DNA of 62,510 bases, filler included, from Polymyxa betae A26-41 (taxonomy: Eukaryota > Protista > Endomyxa: Phytomyxea), in the NCBI GenBank assembly GCA_003693705.1. It is 4 parts of 4 records of this genome, joined end to end, with 100 filler letters (N's around TTAATTAATTAA, not from the genome) between each part and the next. Parts side by side here need not be neighbours in the genome. Positions count along the whole stretch, not along the records: positions 1 to 21,732 come from RBZT01000601.1; positions 21,833 to 37,640 come from RBZT01000380.1; 2 more parts are not named here. The stretch is one strand, 5' to 3'. Under the pieces are notes generated by a model. The model did no database searches, had not been told where the DNA came from, and was given only the letters and a program-made list of their open reading frames with translations. Both the position numbers and the translations under genes were made by a program. This document shows positions 12,282 to 22,760 of this stretch, one piece after another (the first letter of the stretch is position 1; every line of letters begins with the position of its first letter).

Positions 12282-13132
12282 TGTCATGCCGATTCGGCAT
12301 GACAGTACGCGCAGCCGTCCAGCCGACCTCCAGGCAGTCGTACTGGCCCTCCCTGAGGGGCTGCGCGGTGGGCTGCGCCCCCGCTGACGACTCTTATAGG
12401 GGAAGAGCCCTAACTGTCACTGTTGGTTTTCTCGCTCGGTGAGCGGCTACGATTCAGAACGATGTGAGCCGAACACAATCAATAACATTGATCTTTAAAT
12501 ACTCGAGTCTATTAGGGCGCTCTCATACCTTGGTAAACTCCGCGGCGGAGTTTTCATCCACCGTGGCTGTAGGCCATCACCCACTGGTTTCACAGTATAG
12601 TAATTCTGCGCGTCGGGGTTCTCGAGCGACTTGTGTTGTTGTGGAGGCGCCACACTGCTGGAAGGTGTACAGATACTAGTCGAGTGTTGGCTCGCGGTGG
12701 CAGCGAGATTGTCTGTCGTGTGAGCCTTTTCTCCTCCCCGCGTATAGACGTCTGTTATGCTCTCGGGATTGGACGCAATACCAACAGTCACGGACTGCGC
12801 TGGTCTCCTCGTCTCCCAACTATGAATGGCGATCAGCGGCCTCCAAGCAACCATTCCGATCAACTCCTAAATTCATACGTTTCTCATCTCGTCTCCGACT
12901 CTCTATTGCTTAGTTCTCTCGCCTCGCCTCACCTCCGACTTCCCTCCGACCTTCGTCTCCGCTCAACTCCGCTCCTCTCTCCGCTCCACTCCGTGCTCGC
13001 CGCTCCGCCTCCGAGGACTCCCTGACGTCGTTGCGTTGCCGGACACCGGTCCCCCGCGTCCTACCCTCCGCTCCCGAGTCATCGCACCGCTTATCTAACC
13101 AATAAAAGGGGACCTTTTACTCGATCCGAACA
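12282..13132 (+). mobile_element. Solo LTR (851 bp, GC-rich) of a different LTR family inserted in the Copia integrase
   Basis: Starts TGTCATG and ends GAACA. 5-bp TSD TTTCC at 12277-12281 and 13133-13137. AATAAA at 13101. Removing it restores VESLGGNRYMVSFIDD. Confidence 0.88.
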
Positions 13133-14144
13133 TTTCCCCCTAAAGATTCGACAGGAAACGGTCCGGCAACGTCACTCCAAACGATCTTAAACCGTTCTTT
13201 AGCGCGCTCTTTTCGTTTTCCAAAAGAGTTTCTGGTCATCTTAGCTTGTATACAGCCTTTACAGATTTGCGTTGTCTCCTGTTCGTCTTTTTTTAAATTC
13301 GATCCACTGGCTGTTTTAGGAAGTCTATTCAATAAAGTTCCGCACAGATGTCCTGATCTTAAGTGAGCTAAAGTCTTCCTAATGACTTGGTTTGCCTGAC
13401 TGTCTTGGTTAGGTCTTTCATGGCTATCGGATATCACGTAGAGATTATTTTCAGCCTTCGCGATCTCATGGACAACTTTGATATTGCTGTTAATTATATA
13501 GCAATAATTTCCAGTGAAGAAGAATGAGAGCCCATTGGATGTGCTTTCTCCCACAGATAAGAGATTCTGGGCCATGCCAGCGACGATATGGACGTTTTGC
13601 AGAGCTAGAGAAGCATTATCCAATTTGATTGGGCTCGCCTTTCCTTCTCCTTCGATCGTAAAATCACGTCCGTCTGCTACAGAAACACGTTTTGCTCCCT
13701 TTTTCACAATGTCACCATAAATTTGCTCTCTGCTGGTGCAGATGTGCATAGATGTTCCAGAATCAACGATCCAAGATTGCTTTCGATGTTCATTGGTCAT
13801 TTCTGGGGATATCAGAGAACACGCTGTGTAACCTTTGATGTTATCATTTTTTTCTGTTACTGCTGTTACGGTCTTTCCACCATTTGGCGCTTTTTCGGGA
13901 TTCACGAACCAACACTTGCTGCTCGAATGGTTACTGGTTCGTCCGTTATTTTTGCATGTCTGACAAAACTGCTGTAGTGTCTCCAGTTTCTGTCGCAACA
14001 CTGCGTTAGCCAATTCGAGGTTTTTAACCTTTTCAGTGAGATTTGCTGAGGAAATTTGCTTAGCTTCAGTATTCAGATTAAGCTCTTTGTTGAGCAGCAT
14101 CCTTCTACCTTCGGCAGTCGATAAATTGCCAGAATGACTATCTA

Positions 14145-14547
14145 CCGTAAACCCCGTAGAGTTGCCCCCCATGTTCCATTTACAGTGAGTTTTTTGTATG
14201 AGGGGGCTAGGTTTACGGGAAACTTTTTACCATGAGTTTTGGCGGCTTTTTAAACTACGCATTCTGCACCGGGGCGTCCTCCTGATTGTAACGATATAAA
14301 AATAGCTCTATTCTGACATCATGACATCAAAGTCGACAACCACCGACTTGAAGTGAACTAGGTCGCCGGAACAAATGTAAGAGCCACAAAAGTCATGAGA
14401 TTCGCAGGAGCGGCCATTTGTATTAGCATTAATGCCTACAATTTCTCCATCTCCGATTGCTACCATCGTGTAATGGAATTATGGTCCGTGGCAAAATGTT
14501 CCGTTGGGGAGCCAGGTATCCGGGGGCCAACTCTACGGGGTTTACGG
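14145..14547. mobile_element. Tc1/mariner-type MITE (403 bp) inserted in Copia gag
   Basis: TIR CCGTAAACCCCGTAGAGTTG at both ends. TA TSD at 14143-14144 and 14548-14549. Excision restores EEYEGVDTALDSHSGNLS. Confidence 0.9.
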
Positions 14548-15091
14548 TAATGCTGTATCAACTCCCTCATATTCCTCAGGCAATCCCCAAGAATGAATGC
14601 TGCAACGATCTTATCTGGAAAGATAACGTCGGATGCATCTGAGATATCTTGTGCAGCATTCTCGATTTTAGCCACGTAGGTCTGAATAGAATCCTTTCCT
14701 AACTTCGTTCTTGAGATTTTCTTTACCCCTGCCACAGTGGCTGCAGAAGAGGCCCTGCTATATTGTTTTGAAAGGCACTTCCATAATTCATGTGCCGAAA
14801 TTGCAGAATCGGCTCCGATCAGAGCTTGAACTTCACTGCTAATATGAGCGAAGATTTAGCGCGTGCCTTGATATCGTTCCTAGTTGGTTAAGCCGTCTTT
14901 GCCGTCAGCCTCTAGAGTGGGGGCCGCAGCTGCCAGCTTCCGTGTCGATGCATCAATCCCGACGACCAAGTCGAGGTCTTTGTCGACGAGAAGGTTTATC
15001 ATCCTTGAGCTCTATCCTCTGAAGTTACTCCCGGTGAAGACGGGTACGGCTTCGAGGTCCTTGCTCATCGGAGAGGGTGGGACTCTTAATC

Positions 15092-15179
15092 TGTAAGAAC
15101 GGTTGATGGTCGAAATTAAGAAGTGTTGTATTATTAGTGCGTACGGCCTTTATAGAGCCCGTGATTTGTTATCATAACA
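15092..15179 (-). repeat. Copia 5' LTR (88 bp)
   Basis: Direct repeat of 9917-10001. Followed on the minus strand by GATTAAGAGTCCC, resembling the copia-type GGTTATGGGCCC PBS. Confidence 0.93.
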
Positions 15180-16002
15180 ATATCTCATCAGCGTGCGGGT
15201 AGCTACCCGACCCGATCGGAGCCCTATTTTCCGTTCTGGAAAAGATCTACTGCGAATTCACGCTTAAGAATAGCTTCAGCCTGATAAATAAATTAGAGAA
15301 CGTTCCGATCAATGGTAATGATTTTTTAATTTCCGCAGATGTTTCTTCTCTTTACACTATGATGAATTTAGAGCGTTTTATCTTTGTTTGGAAAACACCG
15401 CAACTCCGTAAGCCTCCCGGTTTCGGCGTCGTTAGTGGTTACTCCAAAATGACCGTGAAAAATTGCAGAGTGTAGAACGCAGTTATTGACCCAGGAATAT
15501 GCGTGATTATGCAATTGAGGGTGTTGCAGCTATGACGCAAGGGAATGCATTCATTTGCACTTTGTTAAGCGCTGAATCTTGCACAAAGCGGTTTGCAAGA
15601 ATTTGCAATTCAGCAAATGAGGTCGTTTGCTGGAAATAGCTTCTCTTGCATGTAAACGCAAGAATTTGTAAGTCGGGTATTTTCCATATTTCACAATATA
15701 GACTAAAAAATGATTATAATAGAGACGTCCGCAAAGTAGGCAAATCATACGTTAGGTTGCAAAAAGATACGTTACGGACTTGGAGAAGTGCACAGGATAA
15801 TCTGCGGCGCGGGCCTCCAAACGTATCTTTGCCCAAAAGATAAAATGACCTAAAAAGATACGTTCGTATGATTTAAAAAAAACGTTAGAGCGCGGCCACC
15901 TCCGGAGTCCGTAGCAGCTGCAATCTTCATCCCCATCCTGCATTGACAGCTCGTGCTACCTATCCTATCGCACCAGCTTTCTCAGGCTGAATTTACCCAG
16001 CA

Positions 16003-17048
16003 ATGTCTGAGTCGTCGACAGATTGTGTTGAAATCTCACCAGCCCCCACCGCGGCTAAGAGCCGAGCAGCACCGATTAGCCCGGAACTGCTGGAAGGCCT
16101 CGTGAAATCCTATCAGACTAATTTTTCTGATTTCTGCAAAAGTAAAACTAGATTCTCGGTATAACGGTTCATGATTTTCCCTTTATTTAGAATCGGGTAA
16201 ACATCCAAAGCAAATAGTTACGAGTAAAGTCTGGGATGCCGTGCTGGAGGATGTGAGCCAAAAAATTTTCGAAGGCACTCCTATTACGGATTCCAAACGG
16301 ATCCGGCAAATGAGAGAGAATCTCTGTAGCTATTTGAAATCTCAGAGCACGGGTACGTCGAATGGAGAAAAGGATTCAAAACCGGAGCTCCAGAACATCG
16401 AGGTTCTCAAGCACCTAAGTGAGACGTACTGGGCCAGAACCCAATGGCGAGATCATCCCAAAGATGGGCTTCTCAATGTCGAGATTTTGAAAAGTTCAGA
16501 ATGAAGACTCCAAATTCGCTAACGCCAGAAAGAAGAGCCCTGCTCCAGATTCGGCGAGACCAAATCATGTTACATCGGTAAAAATTTGGATCGTTTTGAA
16601 GCCAGCTGTTTAAATTGGTAACAGAATGGACGGATAGCTTATCAACGCTGATGCAGAAATTTTGTTGACCGAATAAAGAATAAGCTGCCTGGAGCTGATG
16701 CTGACATTCATATTGTACGTGCCGGTACGTTGTGAGTATTTCCGATTCTCATTGAAATCTAACAATTTTTCCCAGACCTTCAGCAGAAGTTAGGTGATAT
16801 GAGAGCCAAAAGATAAAGCCAAAAAAGATGTTGAGGAAACGACACCGGAAGCATCAGCTGAAGACGACTGGAAGTTTCCTGAAAACCCTCTTGGTGTAAT
16901 GAGGGCCTTAGTGTACGATGTCATTGAACAGCAGCAGGCTGTGGATTCAGTCAAATTTGATATCGAAACTCCAACAGGACAGAGACTTCGCAAGACTGTG
17001 ATCCGGTTATTGGAGAATGAACTTGCAAATGGAAAACGTATGCAATAA
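16003..17048 (+). pseudogene. Degraded intron-containing accessory gene, probably of the CACTA element
   Basis: ATG at 16003 (MSESSTDCVEISP...), GT-AG segments and stops. Preceded by subterminal-like AAAGATACGTT repeats (~15762, ~15820 inverted, ~15854). Confidence 0.35.
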
Positions 17049-17157
17049 TCCAGATGTCTAGAGTTTTTGATAAACCATTTCTGGCTGGATATTGTGTGTT
17101 GGATCGTCAGCGTACTCAGTTTAGTGCATCAATTGATAGGCACAGCTTGGTATTCTA

Positions 17158-20100
17158 ATGCCACCGAAATCACGAAAAAGAATTCGTGACGATGATCATG
17201 AACGTTGTTGGTGCCGTTCACATCAATGTCAAGGCAAGATTAGATATCGTACTACAGCCCGAAAACATGAAATCGATGATGTTCGGATGAACGATCAGCA
17301 AATCGATGAAATCGTAGTGCCAGAAGGTAAAATTGAAAGCAGACTCCACCGCGTATGTAAAATTTTGTTCAGCTTCACTTAGTTGATATCGTAAATGACG
17401 ACATCATCGAGACCCAGAATGCAGCTTCAAACCCATATGGAGAACGCAATGACCACACAAATAAAATTTGAAGTGACGACATAGTTGATATTGACAACTC
17501 TTCCTTAGATACAAACGGAAGATGGCATTGCGGAATGAATGAAATCCTTCAAAACAACAACGAGTTTGATGAAAGTAAGATAGCAATCAGATTAATGATT
17601 TCCAAATGATTAAATGTGCCATTACTGACATTAGACAATGACAGTTCTGTTCATTCTGAAAAGTCTTTTGATCACCAGTCTGGCCATGCTGAAGTTAACG
17701 ATATTGATGATATTTTCATATTTCGGTGGCCAACTTCTCAGATGGCCGCTCCCAACATTCAACAGCTCAGAATGATCTGTCCTTACAAGGGAGTGAACGA
17801 CATATCGATCCCCTAGAAGATCTAGAGTTCAAATTTGACCGCGTATTTGCCGAGACAATGAACAGCACAATAGCGATGCCAACTCCAAATCCTTATACTG
17901 GCCACTTTCGTACGATATTCAAGTAATGTTTACTAGGGTTCAGCCGCTATGCTCATATACATTTAGATGAGGTTTGCTTTTCCTGCAATTACGAATTTGT
18001 TTTGGGAAGGGTATAGAGAAGTATGCCATCACGTCAAAAAATTGTTGAAAGCGGAAACAAAGAAGAGGTAATGACTGATTGGACGCACGGAAACCTCTTT
18101 TAGGATACTTATCTGCCATTCCATTTGGCTGAAATCGACAACGTGAACGAATCTTCTCCAGGTACTCAACAATCGTTCCATTTCAAAACATTTAATTCAT
18201 TGAGCCCAATATAATCGCTTTGTCTCACAGCTATGATGGAGCTAGAATTCATAGTTCGTCAGCGATTGGCCACATTTGTTTTCCTACTTGACGCTGCCTC
18301 CGACATCAAGATGCAAACCTTCATCTGTTTTTACTAACTTCCTGCTCCTATTTTTCCAGCCAAGCGTTCTTTCAGTTGATTGCTCACGAACTGAACTTCG
18401 TGAATCGTCAGGGCTTGCACGTATACGATTCATCTCGTAGGAGGTTGATAAAAGTATTCACGAAACCACCCCATTTGATGAAATAAAAATTTGTGCTCAG
18501 ATAAAGTTGAAGCTCATGTTTAGCATGGCAGACCTTCCAGCTTGGGCCAAAGCAGTAAGAAAAGCCGGATCCTCTAGCAAGATTGGTGCATGTATTTGCA
18601 AGATGGAAGGTGTCAGATGTTTCCGGCGTACTTGCCGAAACGGTTCTTATAGATTTCTGCCCACAAACCATCCTCTACGCAAGGTGATCAGCTTTCCCAT
18701 TATAATGGGATTTGATTCAAAGTCTAAAGCCCCGCCGGTCTTTAGCAAAAGAGATATTCACATCTCAGGTATTACTGTGATACGTTGTTGTATATACTAT
18801 AAGAGATTACAGGACGATAGGAGTCGAAGCTGAAAGCTATGAGGCAAACATCACGAAGAGAGGCTGAAGGAATTTACGGCTAATCCCGACGTCGACCTTG
18901 CAAATTACAAACCTTATGACAGGACAAAAGACCCGAATCATCCATATAAGCGAACGGGATATTATGGTCTTGATGCTCTATCAAAACATCTGGAACGTGG
19001 ATGGGATGTCAGTCGCCTTTTTAAGACTGATTTATGCATCATCTGGGCGTACGTTGGCTCTGATTGCTTGTAAGCATTGATAATCATGTAATTTGCCATT
19101 GTCAGAAATGGCGAGAGCGCTCATAGAGGCCCTGGATTGTGAGGCTGGAGGTTCTGGACTGGTATCTGATAATGGCGCTCGAGATGCCGAACAGAGGTTG
19201 AACCGGCTGCCACAAGTGTGGGACGATTGAGCACCACTTCCTTGGGTCGCTCAAAACAGGCGCAACATGATAAAGTTCGGGGTCTGATTGGAAAATCTGA
19301 AGACGGTTGCAGTGTCTAAGGATTCCTGAGAGTAAGTTCGCCTGCCTCGAATTCTGTTTCAGAGCTTATCCTTTACACAGAGTCGTCAGAAATATTCCAC
19401 CCTTACATTTCGTCGACAGTTCTGGTAAAAAATGCACAATGGCATATGATGCTACACGGTTTATTCAAATTCTTGACCAGGGGACAATTTGCAACAGAAA
19501 CTGAGGCATCACAATTCCAAGCGTCTCTTTATCAATTCTTTGACAGGTTATCAGAATGGTTTTGCATGATCATGAAGCGGTCGCAGCTCCACAAGTTGCA
19601 GGTTCGATTGACAGAGGCGTTGGCCAAGTTGGAAGAGGTAAATATCTCTCCACGCGAGTGTTCGTCTCTAATTTCTGCCCCTATAGCAAATTCCAAGCAT
19701 GCTGTTAACTCTTCCAGTCCATTTCTCCTTACATTTAGTGTCGCACATACTGGATGATCTTGGCCCATAGACAGGAATGTCTTGGAATCTCTGGTCGGAA
19801 AGGTTCATGAGACCGGCCAAGTATATGAACCATGCAACCCGGGGACAATCCGTCCACATTATGAAAAACTACACAGAGCAAGAGGCAGTATCTTGTTTCA
19901 GGTAACTCGTTCACAAAATTGATGTTTAATCACATCTCATGCCGTCTTGCCTTGCAGGTATGAATACCACTCTCGATTCTCTCAGAGGTCAACCAGACTC
20001 TGGACATTTGGCGATACCGGCGATGGTGATGGCGACGATTCATCAAATGATATCGAAAGTTTTCGAGTTGTGCTCAAAACCGATGATTTACAGACTGTAT
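17158..20100 (+). pseudogene. EnSpm/CACTA transposase remnants
   Basis: N-terminal CWC..HQC.....TT..KH. MADLPAWAK...GACIC...GSYRFLPTNHPLRK resembles the Transposase_21 region. LTEALAKLEE...HFSLHLVSHI..LGP...WSERF is DUF4218-like. Many stops and frameshifts. Confidence 0.7.
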
Positions 20101-20138
20101 GATCTCTTGTAGCTGAGCCTTATAGCCATTCAAGACTA

Positions 20139-21732
20139 CCATATAGTGCGGGACTTTGTACCCCCCAAATATACATGATTCTGGAGAGGGGTACAAAGTC
20201 CCGGACAATGTCCGCGCGCGCAATTTAATTTCTACCTATATACAGCCTTCCCAGCTCATTCCAATCGATATCTGATATCATGCCTCAACGGAAGACGTAT
20301 ACCGCGGCTCAAAAGCTCGATATTTTGAGAGCAATAGACGAACGCGAACCTGGCATGTCAGCCAAGGCTGTTTGCGCCAGTCTCAACGTCCAACAAGGCC
20401 AAGTGTCTCCCTGGAGGAAAAATATCGAGCAAATAAAATCTGTTCGACGTTCGGCTAAAAGTATTTGCATTGGTGCACCCTCCATTTTGGACGTCTACCA
20501 AGAAGACATTTTAAGCTACATTTTCAGAAGACGGGAATGCGGATTTGGTAACGTTGCCTCTATCATTTTAATTTAAAAAAAAAATCTTTAAACCGAATGG
20601 CATTAACCTTATTGTCTATCAAGTTCTTTTTTACAGTTAAACAAGGCGTCTTTAAATAATTGTGTAAAACAGCGGTTTCGAAGCGGATGGTCGATTCCTA
20701 CGCGAAGTCCCTTGACAGGGACTTTAAGGAAAAATCCGAAGAGGCTAGAATTGCAACCGTCCGCCGGTTTTTGAAAAAACATCGTTATGGAATCAGAGTT
20801 GGGACACATGTGGCCCAGCAAAATCCTGCCGAAACCCGTGAATTGGCTGTGGACTTCATTCAATCTGTCCGAAAGCAACTGCCTTGGTTTCCGGAGCAGA
20901 GTTTAATTCTTAACATGGATCATACTCCTGTATTCTTTTCCATGGAACCCCGCACTACATTGAATCGTATTGGAGAACGAACGGTTAACATTCGCTCAAG
21001 TACAGATTCGACTTTACGCGTTACTGTTGGCGTCACTGTGACAGCGAATGGCAACATTCTTCCTCCAATGATAATTTTCAAGGGCAAATCTTCTGGCTTA
21101 ATTGCTCGGTCCTTCTCTTCGTTTCCAGAAGGTGCAGTCTATGCTTGCCAGGATAAGGCCTGGATGGACAAAAAGATGATGATCAAATGGATCGAAAAGG
21201 TAAAAAAGACAATTGTGCTCCTGGTTTCTATCATTATTGTTCGACAGGTGTTGGAACCTTACATTCGGGCTAATAACCCAAATCAAGAAAGAGCTGTGCT
21301 CTTACTTGACTCGTACCGTTGCCATTTGATGGCATCAATCGTTACCAGAATTCAAGACCTCGGAATTCAGGTTGAGCATATACCAGGTGGATGTACAGGC
21401 CTCGCACAGCCAATCGATGTAGGAATTGGCAAGCCTTTGAAAACGCGAATGCGTCACCGATTTGAGGAATGACTGGATACCCAAGATCGTTTCGCAAAAA
21501 TCAAGCCGCCGTCAAGAGAGCTCTTATCCGAATGGATTATTGCCTCACTTAAAGAAATTAATAGTGAAACGGCACGTAATTCATGGCGCCGTCAAGAGTT
21601 TAATTATTTCGACGATTGAACTGGCTCTGGTTCATCGGCTTTGTTTTTTTTTATACAGTTGATCAGGAAGTAGCACCGTGCGTAGCTGTCCACAATTCCG
21701 GTTGGACTATGCTCGATCAGCTTTTAAATCGG
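20139..21732 (+). mobile_element. pogo/Tigger-like Tc1/mariner element; right end not seen before the gap
   Basis: TA at 20137-20138, then CCATATAGTGCGGGACTTTGTACCCC with an internal inverted copy at 20188-20203. A transposase follows. Confidence 0.75.
20280..21619 (+). pseudogene. pogo-family transposase (CENP-B-like HTH + DDE_1) with introns and one premature stop
   Basis: RKTYTAAQKL HTH; ILNMDHTP, PPMIIFKG, LLLDSYRCH and QPIDVGIGKPLK. Introns at ~20548-20636 and 21200-21247. TGA at 21470 (likely from TGG), with the frame continuing to 21619. Confidence 0.88.
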
Positions 21733-21832
21733 NNNNNNNNNNNNNNNNNNNNNNNNNNNNNNNNNNNNNNNNNNNNTTAATTAATTAANNNNNNNNNNNN
21801 NNNNNNNNNNNNNNNNNNNNNNNNNNNNNNNN
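21733..21832. other. Artificial contig-join spacer
   Basis: 100 bp of N with a central TTAATTAATTAA (stops in all frames); identical spacers at 37641 and 56070. Confidence 0.97.
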
Positions 21833-22760
21833 CTATACCAGAATAACTCGTTCCTATACTTGCGAATGTAATCCCAGAAACAATCTTGTCTAATTTATTA
21901 GATTCTAGATTACCAGAAGAAACACCTAATGACGATATTAGATTGCCGTGTGATATTCCCATAGAGACTATTCCAGAGTAAGAAGTGCCTATACTCGTAA
22001 ATGTAATCCCAGAGACGATAGTACCTAATTTATTAGATTCTAAATTACTTGAACTCGTTCCTAACGACCCAATCAAATTCCCATGCGATATTCCCATAGA
22101 GACTATTCCAGAGTAAGAAGTTCCAATACTATTAATTATACCAATTAAATTCTTGTCAATTTTATTAGATTCTAAATTACTTGAGCTGACACCTAATGAC
22201 CCAATTAGATTTCCGTGCGATACGCCCATTGATACAATTCCAGAGTAACTGGTTCCAATTGAACTTAAAGAAATTCCAATTAAATTCTTGTCAATTTTAT
22301 TATTTTCTAAATTAATCCCAGACGTACTCATTTGTGATTTCCAAACGTCAATGTTGTACACCGTCACTCCGATTATATTATCAATTCTGTTTGTATTATT
22401 TGCTGACGAAAATCCAAATAGTAATTTATCTGCTTTATTAGTTTCAAGATTACTCGCAGACACTCCAACTACCCCTTTAAAAATGTCCAGATTATTCGTC
22501 GTTGTACCGATTAGTAAAGAAATTTTGGTATCATGAGCTTGTAGAATTGCTTGCTGGTTCGGATAAGTGGTTCCTACCATTAATTCAATTGAGCGTCGTG
22601 GTCATCTAAACGGTCATCTATACCTTCGTTTGTTAAAGTTTGATAGTTATCAACCAATTCCAAAGCAGTCATTCGAGCGTCTTGAATGAAATTATAGGCG
22701 GTTTGGGCTGCCTCGGCTACACCAAGAGCTGTATTCACACCAGCAATAACTGCTGTCAAA
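21833..22760 (-). pseudogene. AT-rich ORF with 44-45-aa Gly/Ser/Ile/Asn tandem repeats, virus fibre-like; runs into the gap
   Basis: Repeat unit SIGTSYSGIVSMGISHGNLIGSLGVSSSNLESNKIDK with about 135-bp DNA periodicity, at least 3 copies plus degenerate ones. ORFs 22580-22786 and 21777-22580 join by a 1-nt frameshift. Markedly lower GC than host genes. Confidence 0.6.

Larger units (their letters stand above)
11934..15068 (-). pseudogene. Copia gag-protease-integrase, broken by two insertions, frameshifts and a deletion in the integrase C-terminal half
   Basis: Zinc knuckle CQTC...HSSSKC; protease WIVDSGTSMHIC; HHCC motif HLRSGH...CKGC; IVWSDVAGP, FIDDFS and RTDNGTEF. Confidence 0.88.
9917..15179 (-). 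mobile_element. Ty1/Copia LTR retrotransposon with very short LTRs
   Basis: LTRs at 9917-10001 and 15092-15179 (TG..CA; 4 substitutions and one 3-nt indel). 5-bp TSD ATATC at 9912-9916 and 15180-15184. PPT at 10002-10012 (minus). Domain order gag-PR-IN-RT-RH. Confidence 0.96.
9129..15226 (+). mobile_element. Internally deleted hAT element hosting the Copia insertion
   Basis: Termini TTGGGCTCCGATCGGGT and ACCCGATCGGAGCCCTA share the TAGGGCTCCGAT core of the hAT at 56738. TCGGG/CCCGA subterminal repeats at 9140-9235. hATC remnant KFSTAGNVFRLRRHSLQPETIGALL at ~9755-9835. No matching 8-bp TSD. Confidence 0.75.

Noticed and set aside
12464-13025. ORFs within the GC-rich insert
   Set aside because: They lie inside a TSD-bounded solo LTR, are low complexity and have no motifs.
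21470-21472. In-frame TGA at a Trp position, suggesting an alternative genetic code or RIP
   Set aside because: Host genes use TGA as a stop and TGG for Trp. TE lesions are mixed indels and substitutions, so this is ordinary decay.
21777-21788. TTAATTAATTAA palindrome inside N runs (also 37685-37696 and 56114-56125)
   Set aside because: Artificial six-frame-stop spacer from scaffolding. Adjacency across these joins is unverified.
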